A DNA stretch of 64,000 nt, from assembly GCA_022842645.1 (NCBI GenBank), contig JALHPE010000002.1, positions 65,569 through 129,568 on the forward strand, given 5' to 3'. Numbering within the stretch: position 1 is the stretch's first letter; every line of letters begins with the position of its first letter. This stretch comes from Minisyncoccota bacterium. Lineage in GTDB: Bacteria > Patescibacteriota > Minisyncoccia > Phycocordibacterales > UBA2100. This document shows, one piece after another, positions 37,425-48,654 of this stretch. Below the pieces are notes generated by a model, which ran no database searches, was not told the DNA's origin, and worked only from the letters and a program-made list of their open reading frames with translations. Position numbers and translations under genes: made by a program.

Positions 37425-38162
37425 ATGCGCGATTACATCTACGGGATACACGCAGTCGATACGCTTCTCAAGAATGCACCAGAGCGCATAGAAACGCTCT
37501 ACCTTGCAGAATCGGTAGAGCAAAGATTCCGCCCTTTGGCCGCAAACAAGAGCGTTCGTGTTGAGCCACTTCCACGCAATCAATTTATGCGCGACTTACA
37601 GGGCGCCGTGCATCAAGGCGTGGTCGCACAAGTATCCCTCGACAACCTTCTCATTGAGTATCCAGTATTTATGGCATCTCTTGCACCGACGGCAGACACG
37701 GCTCTCGTGCTCTTAAATGAAATTACCGATCCGCATAATGTTGGTGCCATTATTCGCTCTGCCGCGGCATTTGGTGCGAGCGCTGTCCTCATCCCAACAT
37801 TCAATCAAGTCGGGGTGACTGGCGTCGTGGCGAAAGCCTCCGCGGGCACCATCTTCAGCGTACCTCTTGTCGCAATCGGAAATGAGAACCAAACGATTCT
37901 CAATCTCAAAGAACGCCACTTTTGGATTTACGGCCTCGCAGCAGAAGGGACGCACGAACTCTCGAAAGAAAAATTTGATGCACCAGCTGTGTTTGTTATT
38001 GGAAGCGAAGGGGAGGGGCTGCGACCTAAAACACGCGAACACTGCGACATCCTTCTGCGCATCCCCATGCATCCACGCGCAGAGTCCCTCAACGCCTCAG
38101 TCTCTGCAGGTGTCGCCCTCGCCGCATGGTCAGTACAACACGCTAAGGCGCTTCTTGCCTAA
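37425..38162 (+). CDS. rlmB: 23S rRNA Gm2251 methyltransferase (TrmH/SpoU family)
   Basis: IYGIHAV, HQGVVA, DPHNVGAIIRSA, GSEGEG, ESLNASV. Confidence 0.9.
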   Translation: MRDYIYGIHAVDTLLKNAPERIETLYLAESVEQRFRPLAANKSVRVEPLPRNQFMRDLQGAVHQGVVAQVSLDNLLIEYPVFMASLAPTADTALVLLNEITDPHNVGAIIRSAAAFGASAVLIPTFNQVGVTGVVAKASAGTIFSVPLVAIGNENQTILNLKERHFWIYGLAAEGTHELSKEKFDAPAVFVIGSEGEGLRPKTREHCDILLRIPMHPRAESLNASVSAGVALAAWSVQHAKALLA

Positions 38163-38195
38163 GCAGAAAGCCATTTTTCTGCTACAATCTCGCGT

Positions 38196-39131
38196 ATGCA
38201 ACGATTGTTGACAGGCCTTCAACCCTCTGGCGCACTGCATATCGGCAACTATTTTGGTGCGCTCAAACCCTTCGCCGAAATGTACGCAGAGTATGAGAGC
38301 TACCTTATGGTGGTTGATTACCATGCGCTCACGTCGCTTCGAAATGGTGATGAGCTTCGCGGAAACATAAAAAATGTCGTGCGGGATTATCTTGCCGTCG
38401 GCGTTGATCCTGCGAAAGCAATCATCTTCCAGCAGTCGCAAGTGCAAGAGCATACTGAGTTTGCCTGGGTCCTTGAGTGCTTGGTGACAGTTTCCTTTTT
38501 GGAACTCGGGCACGCCTACAAAGACAAAGTTGCGAAGGGGATTGAAGCAACGGCCGGGCTTTTCAATTACCCCATGCTTATGGCGGCAGATATTTTGCTC
38601 TATGACACTGATGTGGTGCCCGTTGGCGAAGATCAGCGTCAGCACCTTGAATATGCGCGCGAAGCGGCCGCAAAATTTAATAAAGCGTACGGGGAGACAC
38701 TGAAAGAACCAAAAGAACTCATCCAAAAATCCGTTGCAGTTGTGCCTGGCACCGACGGCAAGAAAATGTCGAAAAGTTACGGGAACACCATACCGCTCTT
38801 TGGTACCAAAGATGAGATATCAAAAGCGGTAATGAGCATCGTGACGGATTCCGGTGGAGATAAACCTGAGCACGTCTTTGCTATCCACAAACTTCTCAAA
38901 ACAGAAACTGAGCTTGCGCCGCTCTACGAAGACAATCAAGGCAAGTACAAAGCGCTTAAAGATGCGCTTATCGAAGATCTTGACGCGCTTATTGCCCCCA
39001 TGCGCGAAAAGCGCAGTGCTATCACTGACGCAGAAGTTAAAAAAGTTCTCGACGAAGGCTCCGCGAAGGCACGGGAAAAAGCGGCTTCCAAAATGAGGGA
39101 GGTACGACAAAAAGTGGGAGTTGCACTATGA
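38196..39131 (+). CDS. trpS: Tryptophan--tRNA ligase
   Basis: QPSG.LHIGN, YPMLMAADIL, VPVGEDQ, KMSKS. Confidence 0.97.
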   Translation: MQRLLTGLQPSGALHIGNYFGALKPFAEMYAEYESYLMVVDYHALTSLRNGDELRGNIKNVVRDYLAVGVDPAKAIIFQQSQVQEHTEFAWVLECLVTVSFLELGHAYKDKVAKGIEATAGLFNYPMLMAADILLYDTDVVPVGEDQRQHLEYAREAAAKFNKAYGETLKEPKELIQKSVAVVPGTDGKKMSKSYGNTIPLFGTKDEISKAVMSIVTDSGGDKPEHVFAIHKLLKTETELAPLYEDNQGKYKALKDALIEDLDALIAPMREKRSAITDAEVKKVLDEGSAKAREKAASKMREVRQKVGVAL

Positions 39132-39601
39132 ACAAAGAGCGACACACACTGAAGATTGCGGTGTACGCTGTACTCATAAAAAACGATCAGATACTCCTAA
39201 CACGCCGTAGTAATACTGGATGGCAAGATGGCAATTACAGTCTTCCGGCAGGACATCTGGAAATTGGCGAAACCCTGAAAGAGGCAGTCATTCGGGAGAC
39301 TCTTGAAGAAATCGGAGTAAAGTTAATAGACGATACAATTCAACTAGCACACACAATGCACCGACAGGATCTGTATATCGACTTCTTTTTTACGGGACAA
39401 TGGAGCGGGGAATCGGAAAATCTCGAACCGGAAAAGTGCGATGATGTGCGATGGTTTCCACTAGACGCTTTCCCTGAGAACATGGTTCCATCGGTGCGTT
39501 TTGGTCTCGAAAAAATTCAGCAAAACAATGCTTTCTCCGAATTACAGCTTGGTTATGATGAAAAACTAAGCCCTTCTCTAGCTGGAAAAACTATAGTATA
39601 A
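39128..39601 (+). CDS. NUDIX hydrolase
   Basis: PAGHLEIGETLKEAVIRETLEEIG, NLEPEKCD. Confidence 0.92.
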   Translation: MNKERHTLKIAVYAVLIKNDQILLTRRSNTGWQDGNYSLPAGHLEIGETLKEAVIRETLEEIGVKLIDDTIQLAHTMHRQDLYIDFFFTGQWSGESENLEPEKCDDVRWFPLDAFPENMVPSVRFGLEKIQQNNAFSELQLGYDEKLSPSLAGKTIV

Positions 39602-39618
39602 CGAACATTCTTTTCTTT

Positions 39619-40947
39619 ATGGAACGCACACTCATTGGGGATCTGAAGACGCACGCTGGGGAGACGGTCCTCGTGAATGGGTGGATTTCTGTGCGCCGTG
39701 ATCAGGGAAAAATGGTATTTTTTGATATTCGCGACCGCTCAGGAACGATTCAGGGGGTGGTGCTTCCCAAAAGCGCTGCGATTGACGCGGCGAAAGAAAC
39801 GAACGTGGAGAGCGCGGTTGCCATAACCGGCATGGTAAATGCGCGGCCGGAAAAGAATGTTGTTGCGGAAAAACAAAACGGCGATATCGAGCTCCAGATT
39901 GAGAGTATTGAGATTCTAAATGCAGCGCACACGCTCCCATTTGAACTTGATGTTGAGCTCAATCTTGATACACACCTCGACAATCTCCCGCTTACACTGA
40001 AGGCTGAGCGCACGCGTCAGATTTTTATGATGCAAGCAACGATACTCAACGAGTATCGCAATTCATTACAGCGTCGTGGGTTCACCGAATTTATCGCGCC
40101 TGCAATCGTGGGCGGCGACGCCGAAGGCGGCGCCGCGGTATTTCGCCTCGAGTATTTCAAGGAACAAGCAGCGTATCTTGCTACCTCGCCGCAGTTCTAT
40201 AAACAGATTATGACAGGTGCGTTTGAACGCGCCTTCACCATCGCAAAAGTGTTTCGTGCTGAGAAGAGCGCGACCACGCGTCATATTTCCGAGATAACAC
40301 AAATGGATTTTGAAATGGGTTTCATCAAAGACGAACGCGAGGTCATGAAGGAACTTCAAACAACGATTCAAGATGTTGTTAAGGCAGTGGGGGAGACGCA
40401 TGCGGATATTTTTGCAACTTTCAAAACGGAAGTTCCACTCGCTCCCGCAGAATTCCCAGTCTTCACGCTTCAAGAAGCACAAGCGATTGTGGCAAAAGAG
40501 TTTGGCCGCACCATCGAAGACACGAACGATATGTCGCCAGAAGACGAGCGTCAGATCTGCGAATATGCAAAGCAGAAATTCGGTTCGGACTTTGTATTTA
40601 TCACTCGTTTCCCCACGGCAAAACGTGCGTTTTACACGTATGAAGAGCCTGCAGAAGCACCGCTCTCACGCGGCTTCGATCTCCTTTTCCGCGGGCTTGA
40701 AATCAACAGTGGAGCGCAGCGTATCCACGATTATGATTCTCTCATCGCGCGCATCAAGGAACGCGGCATGGATTCGGAAAAATTTTCATACTACCTACAG
40801 ACCTTCAAATATGGTATTCCGCCGCATGGTGGTTGTTCCACAGGACTTGAGCGCTTCACGGGGCGCATGTTGGAACTAACAAACATTAAAGAATCAACGG
40901 CATTTCCGCGCGATATGACGCGTATTGATGGTAAACTGTCGGAATGA
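39619..40947 (+). CDS. aspS: Aspartate--tRNA(Asp/Asn) ligase, archaeal-type short form
   Basis: OB fold, AEGGAAVF, SPQFYKQ, FRAE..RH, SGAQR, PPHGG..GLER, FPRD; no GAD insert. Confidence 0.92.
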   Translation: MERTLIGDLKTHAGETVLVNGWISVRRDQGKMVFFDIRDRSGTIQGVVLPKSAAIDAAKETNVESAVAITGMVNARPEKNVVAEKQNGDIELQIESIEILNAAHTLPFELDVELNLDTHLDNLPLTLKAERTRQIFMMQATILNEYRNSLQRRGFTEFIAPAIVGGDAEGGAAVFRLEYFKEQAAYLATSPQFYKQIMTGAFERAFTIAKVFRAEKSATTRHISEITQMDFEMGFIKDEREVMKELQTTIQDVVKAVGETHADIFATFKTEVPLAPAEFPVFTLQEAQAIVAKEFGRTIEDTNDMSPEDERQICEYAKQKFGSDFVFITRFPTAKRAFYTYEEPAEAPLSRGFDLLFRGLEINSGAQRIHDYDSLIARIKERGMDSEKFSYYLQTFKYGIPPHGGCSTGLERFTGRMLELTNIKESTAFPRDMTRIDGKLSE

Positions 40948-41687
40948 CAGAGGCGGGTTTTACGTTTGAAAGCGAGCACTTCGCAGGGCCCTTGGATGCG
41001 CTTCTCGACCTCATTGAAAAGCGTAAGCTCGCCGTCTCGAATGTCTCGCTCGCAGAGGTGTGCGATGGGTATTTGGCCTATATTGAGAGCTTGCCCGAAC
41101 TCCCACTCTCGGAAACATCACAATTCATCTTGATTGCCTCAACACTTCTTCTCATTAAATCACGAGCACTTTTGCCCACCGTTGAACTTTCAGACGATGA
41201 GGAGCATTCAATTGAGGAGCTTGAACGCCGTCTCCAACGCCTCGCCCTCATTCGAAAAGCCAGTAAACTGCTACGAAAAGAGTGGGGCAGAGCACCAATC
41301 GTACTTGAACGTCGCGCGCCAGATATTGCTCGTGCGCTCGGTGTCGAGCGTGCGTCATTTGCCCCTGGGGAATCTTCGGTGGAGCGTATTGCAAGCGCCG
41401 TGCGTCGTATCGTTGCAACACTCCCCACTACTGCACGACTTGGCGAAGCGGTAGTCGCACCCGTTTTAGCGCTCGAAGATGTCATTATGAGCCTCAAAAC
41501 GCGCTTACAAACCGCTCGCACACGCTGGAGCGAACTCTCTCGCGGCGCATCGCGAGGCGACATGATCGTGCACTTTCTCGCCATTCTTGAATTAGTGCGC
41601 CACAGCTCAATTTCTGTGACACAAGACCGTCTTTTCGGTGATATTATCGTAGAATCTGACGACACCGGTGCACCCCGTTATGGATGA
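40944..41687 (+). CDS. scpA: Segregation and condensation protein A
   Basis: FAGPLDALL.LI, IKSRALLP, FLAILEL. Confidence 0.93.
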   Translation: MTEAGFTFESEHFAGPLDALLDLIEKRKLAVSNVSLAEVCDGYLAYIESLPELPLSETSQFILIASTLLLIKSRALLPTVELSDDEEHSIEELERRLQRLALIRKASKLLRKEWGRAPIVLERRAPDIARALGVERASFAPGESSVERIASAVRRIVATLPTTARLGEAVVAPVLALEDVIMSLKTRLQTARTRWSELSRGASRGDMIVHFLAILELVRHSSISVTQDRLFGDIIVESDDTGAPRYG

Positions 41688-42243
41688 ACTTTCTCGCGAA
41701 ATAGAAGCACTCCTTTTTGCAGAAGGCGGAAGCATGACGTTCGCGCGTCTTGCCCGTGCAACAGGCAGGAGTGAAAGCGAGGTCAGGGCCACATTGGCTT
41801 TTATTGAGTCGCGCCTCTCAAACGGAGCGCTCACTCTCATACGCTCTGACACTGAAGTTTCACTCGGCATTGCACCTTCTGCCCGGAAACCCGTACTTGC
41901 TATGCTGAAAGAGGAAGAAGAGCGGAATATTGGCGAAGCCGGTCTTGAAATAGTGGGAGTTCTTCTCTACGAAGGACCGTCGACGCGTGCCGAAATCGAC
42001 TACATTCGCGGCGTTAATTCCAGCTCGACGCTTCGTAATTTACTCGCACGGGGGCTCGTGGAAAGAAGCGGCAATCCCGAAGACGGTCGGGAATTCATCT
42101 ACCGACCAACGACAGAGCTCCTGGCTTTCTTGGGGGTAACAAACAGGGAAAATCTGCCTGAATATGCTACAATTTCTGCCGAACTAAACTCTTTTAAACA
42201 ACACCATGCCGGAAGAACGCCAGGAACAGACATTGCCGCTTGA
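41680..42243 (+). CDS. scpB: SMC-Scp subunit ScpB
   Basis: IEALLF, TRAEIDYIRGVNS, YRPT.ELL..LG. Confidence 0.93.
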   Translation: MDELSREIEALLFAEGGSMTFARLARATGRSESEVRATLAFIESRLSNGALTLIRSDTEVSLGIAPSARKPVLAMLKEEEERNIGEAGLEIVGVLLYEGPSTRAEIDYIRGVNSSSTLRNLLARGLVERSGNPEDGREFIYRPTTELLAFLGVTNRENLPEYATISAELNSFKQHHAGRTPGTDIAA

Positions 42244-43246
42244 GACCCAAACATCAACCCCGCTTCTTGCGGCACCTCCCGAGCGGATGCTTTTGCCACG
42301 CGTGGCGCTCGGTGCCACACTTTTGGGCCTCAGTATTTTTGGCGGTATGGCGCTTATTTCGGCAACGCTTCCTACGCTTTTTGAGCGAGGTGCGTCAGTG
42401 CAGGTTGCCGCAGTTGCTGCACCACTTGAAGTTTCTCATTTCGCAGATCTCAAGCTCGAAGCTCGCAGTGCGTATGTGTTTGATGCTTCTAATGACGTGG
42501 CACTTTACACCCGAGAACCTGATGCGCAATTGCCACTTGCTTCAATCACCAAGGTAATGATTGCACTTGCTGTCTCAGATGTGCTCAGTATGGATGAAAT
42601 GGTTACGATTTCACGCGAAGCGGTTGCTCGAGGTGGTGGTGGACTCACCTATGGAGAAACCTGGCGAGTCCGTGAACTTATTGATCTGATGCTCATTACC
42701 TCTTCAAACACTGCAGCTGAAGCACTTCGCGAAGTGGCCGAAGCACCGCTTTCCGTACGCTACCCCGATGCACCTGCTGGACAAGCGACGCTCACGCATA
42801 TGAATGCACGCGCGCGTGAACTTGGTATGCGGTCGACATTCTTTCTCAACCCAACAGGACTTGATGAAAGCGCCACACAGGCGGGTGCGTATGGTTCTGC
42901 TCGCGATGTGGGGACACTCTTCGCTTATATTTTGCGCGCCAAACGTGATCTGTTTGCGGGGACGGCGCGCGCAGAGGCGGTTTTGGGACCTATCAATATG
43001 CCGAAGCGCGAAGTCTACAATACCAACACGGCACTTGCGGATATTCCGCACCTCTTTATGGGGAAGACAGGGTTTACGGACCTTGCGGGGGGCAATCTCG
43101 CAGTTGCATTCGATGCGTCAGAGGGACGGCCTATTGTGGTCGTGGTGCTTGGATCATCTCAGGAAGGGCGTTTTACTGATGTGCGTACACTGACCGATGC
43201 GGCGCTCAAAACTCTCGGAACACAGGCTCCTAAAGTGGTAGAATAG
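42206..43246 (+). CDS. D-alanyl-D-alanine carboxypeptidase (S11)
   Basis: ASITK, SSN, FLNPTGLD, KTGFT. Confidence 0.92.
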   Translation: MPEERQEQTLPLETQTSTPLLAAPPERMLLPRVALGATLLGLSIFGGMALISATLPTLFERGASVQVAAVAAPLEVSHFADLKLEARSAYVFDASNDVALYTREPDAQLPLASITKVMIALAVSDVLSMDEMVTISREAVARGGGGLTYGETWRVRELIDLMLITSSNTAAEALREVAEAPLSVRYPDAPAGQATLTHMNARARELGMRSTFFLNPTGLDESATQAGAYGSARDVGTLFAYILRAKRDLFAGTARAEAVLGPINMPKREVYNTNTALADIPHLFMGKTGFTDLAGGNLAVAFDASEGRPIVVVVLGSSQEGRFTDVRTLTDAALKTLGTQAPKVVE

Positions 43247-43251
43247 ATCTC

Positions 43252-44307
43252 ATGCTTCCCGACGTTATACGGGTGCTTGCTCCCGCTGGTCTCGCGTTTG
43301 CGATTGGTGTCGCGATGACACCAATTCTCACGCACTATTTGTATGCACTAAAGGCCTGGAAAAAAACAGGGGGGAAGACTGCGTACGATGGCACTCACGC
43401 GACTGAATTTAATCGGCTCCACAGCGTTCGTGAAGTGAACACACCTCGTTTTGGGGGAATTATCATCTGGGGTAGTGTGGCGCTCACGACTGCAATTCTC
43501 GCACTCCTCCCACGATTTTTCCCGGGACTCGAAGTATTTGATTTTCTGAGCCGAAGCCAGACATGGGTTCCTTTAACAGCACTCCTTGTAGGTGCGGTTG
43601 CAGGTTTTTTTGATGATCTTCTCGTCATTCGTCCAGGAGGGGAGGGGATCCAGCTGCGGTATCGACTTCTTGTCGTTGTGCTTCTCTCATTTTTTATTGG
43701 ATGGTGGTTTTACACCAAGCTCGATGTCACCGCCGTGCGATTGCCGTTTGACGGGCTTCTCGAGCTCGGTTTTCTTATCGTGCCGTTTTTTATTCTCACC
43801 TCGCTCGCACTCTATGCAAGTGGTGTGATTGATGGCCTTGATGGACTTTCAGGAGGTGTGTTTCTCGCGATTTTTGCCTCGTATGCGGTTATTGCATTCT
43901 CACAAAACCAGATTGATCTTGCTGCATTTTGCGCCGCGCTCTGCGGAGGACTCCTTGCGTTTCTTTGGTTCAATATTCCGCCTGCACGATTCTATATGTC
44001 GGATACAGGTTCGATGGCACTCACGCTCGCCATTCCGGCAATTGCCTTTATGACCGACGAGCTAGGAGACGGCATCGGCGTAGCCGTGCTTCCCGTCATC
44101 GGTTTCCTGCTCGTCGTTACCGTAGCGTCAGACATTCTGCAAATGTTCTGGAAATACTGGTTCGGGAAAAAACTCTTTCGCATCGCGCCTCTCCACCATC
44201 ACTTTGAGGCTATCGGATGGACGCCCGAAAAAGTTGTCATGCGCTACTGGGTGTTAGCAATCGCTTTTGGATTCCTCGGCGTTATTCTCGCGCTCACGGG
44301 TAAGTAA
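43252..44307 (+). CDS. mraY: Phospho-N-acetylmuramoyl-pentapeptide transferase
   Basis: TPRFGG, GFFDD, DGLDGL, NIPPARFYMSDTGS, APLHHHFE. Confidence 0.95.
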   Translation: MLPDVIRVLAPAGLAFAIGVAMTPILTHYLYALKAWKKTGGKTAYDGTHATEFNRLHSVREVNTPRFGGIIIWGSVALTTAILALLPRFFPGLEVFDFLSRSQTWVPLTALLVGAVAGFFDDLLVIRPGGEGIQLRYRLLVVVLLSFFIGWWFYTKLDVTAVRLPFDGLLELGFLIVPFFILTSLALYASGVIDGLDGLSGGVFLAIFASYAVIAFSQNQIDLAAFCAALCGGLLAFLWFNIPPARFYMSDTGSMALTLAIPAIAFMTDELGDGIGVAVLPVIGFLLVVTVASDILQMFWKYWFGKKLFRIAPLHHHFEAIGWTPEKVVMRYWVLAIAFGFLGVILALTGK

Positions 44308-44309
44308 TT

Positions 44310-45422
44310 ATGCGCCTTTCACTTGGGAAAGCCGATACCATACTACTCGCACTCCTGTGTGCCCTTGTTCTTGGTGGCGCGCTTATGTTTTCCTCTGCTG
44401 CCGTAGGACTTCTTGCGCGTGGCGGTTCACATATCTCGAGTGTGATGTTCAATCACCTTGTACTCGGTGTCGGTTTGGGGCTGATAGGAGCCATTATCAT
44501 GTATCTGATTGATTACAAACTATGGCGAATCTATGCGCCATATGTATTTGCGGCAGGACTTCTTGGCACAGCACTGGTGTTTGTTCCCGGGCTTGGATTT
44601 GAGCACGGAGGAGGAAGGCGCTGGCTCGATTTGGGCATCACGACGGTACAACCTTCAGAATTTTTGAAGCTCGCTGGCGTTATTATGGCAGCAAGTGTGT
44701 TTACGATTCTGCGAGACGATGCGTCTGACTGGAAGGGTGTTGCCGCGTTTCTGGCTCTTGTTGCGGCGCCAGGACTCCTCCTCGCGATGCAACCGGATTT
44801 TGGGACTCTCGGCATTATCACCATCTCAATTTTTTCTGTTGCGATTGCAGCGGGACTTCGCTTTCGGTATATCGCACTTCTTGCGCTTGCGGGGGTGACG
44901 CTCCTTGTTTTGCTTTCATTTACAGCGCGTTACGCGTATGTGTATGAACGTATCGAGACATTTCTTTTTCCACACCAGCAAGACGAGCGAGGAGATCTTT
45001 TTCAAGTAAAACAATCGCTTATCGCTATCGGTGCAGGGGGCGCAACCGGCGTTGGACTCGGTCAGAGCCTCCAAAAATTTACCTATCTTCCTGAACCAAT
45101 GGGGGATTCTATTTTCGCTGTTATTGCCGAAGAGCTCGGATTTCTCGGTTCCATTACCGTGGTGGGATTATTCCTTCTTTTTGCCGTGCGCGGCTATAGT
45201 ATTGCCGCACGCTCGCCTGATCTTTTTGGTGCACTTCTGGCGGTCGGGATATCGACTTATCTTGTGGGGGAGGCCTTCATCAACATCGCGGCCATGCTCG
45301 GCCTCGCTCCCCTCACCGGTATTCCGCTCACGTTCATCAGCCAGGGCGGAAGCGCCATGCTCGCTTCGCTCGCCGCAGCCGGACTTCTTCTCAATATCTC
45401 TCGGCACGTTAAGAAAAAATGA
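44310..45422 (+). CDS. ftsW: SEDS peptidoglycan glycosyltransferase FtsW
   Basis: GRRW, QPSEFLK, QPDFGT, LPEPMGDSIF...EELG, TGIPL.FISQGGS. Confidence 0.93.
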   Translation: MRLSLGKADTILLALLCALVLGGALMFSSAAVGLLARGGSHISSVMFNHLVLGVGLGLIGAIIMYLIDYKLWRIYAPYVFAAGLLGTALVFVPGLGFEHGGGRRWLDLGITTVQPSEFLKLAGVIMAASVFTILRDDASDWKGVAAFLALVAAPGLLLAMQPDFGTLGIITISIFSVAIAAGLRFRYIALLALAGVTLLVLLSFTARYAYVYERIETFLFPHQQDERGDLFQVKQSLIAIGAGGATGVGLGQSLQKFTYLPEPMGDSIFAVIAEELGFLGSITVVGLFLLFAVRGYSIAARSPDLFGALLAVGISTYLVGEAFINIAAMLGLAPLTGIPLTFISQGGSAMLASLAAAGLLLNISRHVKKK

Positions 45423-45745
45423 ACCCTGTTTCGTAAAAAACCTTGCCACGTGCCGAGAACTAATATCCGGTCAGATATATTTTTGTAAAAAAATATATCA
45501 CAACGAATTTTTGGATAGACAACCGGCCTATTCTTTTCAAAGATTTTTGTAATCAACAATCTCGATTACCCGAGATTCCGAATACAATTTTGTACTTCCT
45601 TATATCGGCGTGACGTGATGCCCTTGACGACAGCCGAGATTTTCTTTTTGCGTGCATTCACGAAATTAAATATTTGTGTTTTAAAATCTTATCCACATTT
45701 CCAAACCGATATCTCGGCACTTGGTTTGGACTTAGGATCGTATAT

Positions 45746-47365
45746 ATGAAAAATGAGGTTGCATTGCAAGACCTCGTTGTTCGGACAATGCCGGGCAGAA
45801 TCATTGCTGCGGCCTTGATCGCCAGCATGTTTCTCCCGCAGGGATTGTTGGTTGCAGAAGAAGTTGGGGCGGAGCAATCAGTCGAAACAGCCTCTTCAGA
45901 GGGTCTTGAAGGGGGTGGAGGCGAAATGTCTCTTCTCTTGGGTGAATCAGCAATTCCAGACTCATATCTCTTCGACATAGATAATCTGTTGAGAAATTCA
46001 CGCATTGATGAAAGCTCGGGTGCATTCACCTATGCTATTCCAATCGTTATACCGCCCGGACGCAACGAGATGCAACCTGAGTTGGTGCTGACATATAGTA
46101 GCCAAAGAGAGGAGGATCAACATATAGCGGGATATGGGTGGAATATCCCGCTTCCGTTTATTGAACGTCAAAACAAGATCGGTGTAGAGAATCTTTTTAG
46201 TACGAATATTATTTTTTCGTCAATTTCCGGCGAATTAGCCACAACATCAAACGAGAGTGTATTTTTTGCGAAGTCGGACGATGGATCGTTTACGAAATAC
46301 GAATATGCATCCTCAACAAACCAATGGACGGCAAAAACTAAAGATGGGCATGTTTACAAATTTGGATACGCAACAACATCACAGGTCTTTAGCGTGTCTA
46401 CCACCACACATGTTTCTCGCTGGATTATTGATGAGGAACGTGACACAAACAGCAACTACATCAAGTATGAATATTTTAAAGACAATAGCTTTGCATACCC
46501 GGCTAAGATTACATATACCGGAAACGGAACGACAACGGGTTTATTCACCGTTGAATTTAACCGTGAATCGCGCCCAGATAGTGCCACTTCATCGGTTACA
46601 TCTTTTAAAACAGCAGCTCGGTATCGCCTCAATGAAATCGTGGCCTCTATCGAAGGGCAGTGGGTGCGTAAGTACCAGCTTGCGTATACAGCGGCGGACA
46701 ATGATCGACGATCGTTGCTGCAGTCTGTCACGGAATCTGGCCGTACCGAGATTGGGAGTACGACGACTACGTTTCCCGCAACGACGTTCTCATACAAGAC
46801 AGCAATACCCGGCTGGTCTACAACCACTTCTAACTTTGCGCTACCTCAAAATATTCGAAAAAATGATTACGGTGACGCGGGGACACGTATTGCGGACGTG
46901 AATGGGGATGCGCTCATCGACATTGTTTTTGCACCCGTCGGTACCACGACGAAGATTTATATCAACAATGGAACTGGCTGGACATATAATGCTTCGTGGC
47001 AATTTCCCGTCTCCGTACAGAGCCCCGATGGTGGAGATGGAGGCGTTCGTCTGGTCGATCTCAATGGTGACGGGCTAACCGATATCGTGAAGAGGGAGAC
47101 GCTCTACCCGTCCTTTGAGCAAATAATCCTTCAATACTTAAATACTGGCTCTGGGTGGGCAACTACAACTAACTGGCAGTTACCACAGCATCTTATTCAT
47201 CCCGAAACGCGAGAGGATTTGGGTGTACGTCTTGCCGATGTAAACGGAGATGGGCTCACCGATATTCTTATTGGCCAGTACAATCAAAACGCACAAATAG
47301 TAGATTCAAAAATCTATCTTAATAGCGGGCATCGCCAATGGCTCCACCGTTATGCTCCGCTGTGA
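45746..47365 (+). pseudogene. N-terminal part of SpvB/TcB-like Rhs protein (signal peptide, SpvB-like domain, FG-GAP/VCBS repeats), truncated by deletion/frameshift at ~47327
   Basis: GAFTYAIPI.IPPGRN..P.L.L.YSS, GYGW, DTNSNYIKYEY, repeated D(V/L)NGDGLTDI; frame ends in 10 out-of-frame codons after IYLNSG. Confidence 0.8.
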
Positions 47366-48425
47366 TGGGAGCACTATAACCGCACTCGATGACGGTGCAA
47401 CCCTTCGCACGGTCACCGACACCTCCATCACGAGTGCGGGCTACGCTGGTATGGGCATGGGGGCAATCATCACCGCAACTGACGACACTTCGAGCCAAAA
47501 GCTGGATACCTTCACGGTGCAAACGCTTTCTTCTTCGTCTGGTGTGAGTACCCGGTATGTGCATGGGGATCATTTGGGTGGCATGAACGTGACAAGTGAC
47601 GAGAACGGTATAGGAGATGAGGTTGTCGACTTCCATCCTTATGGCACCGAGCGCCTGCGCTTGGGGGAGACACAAGATCAGCGGCAGTATGCGGGGACTG
47701 AGCGGGATACGGAGTCAAATCTTGACTACATGGTGAATCGGTACTATTCGAGTATGAGTGGGCAGTTTTTGGGGCAGGATGCAGTGCACCGGGCTTTGGG
47801 TAATTCTAAGGAAATCCAAGGATTCGCGGGGAGGGGAATGGAAGACATTCTTTTGGATCCTCAGCTCATGAACTCATACGCATATGGTCGGGGAAATCCT
47901 GTGCGATTCAAAGATCCGGAAGGCAATATTGCAGTCGTGCCTTTCATCGCACTTGCGTACTCACTGTACTCTGGCGCGCAACTGGCAATTGATGCCTATG
48001 ACGTATACCAAACAAACTACAAGTACGGCGATGTATTTTCACAGGCGGAAAAGAATCAAACGAATTTTAAAGCAGGATATGACTTTGTTCTAACCGCAAC
48101 TGGTGCAAAAATCGGACGCGACCTTGGGAAAGCCGCAGAAGTTGGGTTCGACACGCTGACCTCTGGAATGGATGTTATCGACACTTATTTCAGCGAGCAA
48201 GCTTACAGACATTACAACGCCAATCGCAATACGAACCATAGCCAGGTCGTACGAGGTTCAAATTCGTATCAACAGAGCACTCCAGGCGGAACCTCAAATG
48301 CATACGCACCCTCAAATCAAGGTGTAAATCAAAACTACAATCAACTCGTTAATCAACTGAGTCAAATCGTATCAACGTTGCAATCGTATGTGTCGAGTTT
48401 ATCAGGTGATAAGAATAAAAAATAA
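47328..48425 (+). pseudogene. C-terminal part of Rhs protein: beta-sandwich fragment, Rhs core and variable tip
   Basis: YVHGDHLGG, FHPYG, YAGTERD.ES.LDYM.NRYY, QFLGQD, YAYGRGNPVRFKDPEG; ~166-aa tip. Confidence 0.82.
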
Positions 48426-48428
48426 GCT

Positions 48429-48653
48429 ATGCTAGCTATAATAATATTGGTTACAGGTGCTATGATTTTTTTATACGGAGTACTAATCTCTTTTGGATTC
48501 ATAAAAACAGACGTCTCTGGTGATTCTGAAATTGACAAGAAACTACTCACAGAAAAAGAAAGATACTTTTGGGGGCGTTACAATGCAGGCCTTCAGTTAA
48601 TCGCTGCCGGGGCAGTTGCAATTTTTCTTGGGGTGACCTTATATCTTGCGTAG
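48429..48653 (+). CDS. Putative immunity protein (74 aa, 2 TM)
   Basis: Starts 3 nt after Rhs stop, AT-rich, two hydrophobic helices. Confidence 0.65.
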   Translation: MLAIIILVTGAMIFLYGVLISFGFIKTDVSGDSEIDKKLLTEKERYFWGRYNAGLQLIAAGAVAIFLGVTLYLA

Positions 48654-48654
48654 C

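Noticed and set aside
45689-45697. Perfect DnaA box TTATCCACA (weaker ones near 8570 and 53639)
   Set aside because: Isolated boxes, no cluster and no dnaA nearby; not an origin
47320-47365. Programmed frameshift joining the two Rhs ORFs
   Set aside because: No slippery sequence, and the junction fuses mid-domain segments with the YD shell missing; deletion or misassembly fits better
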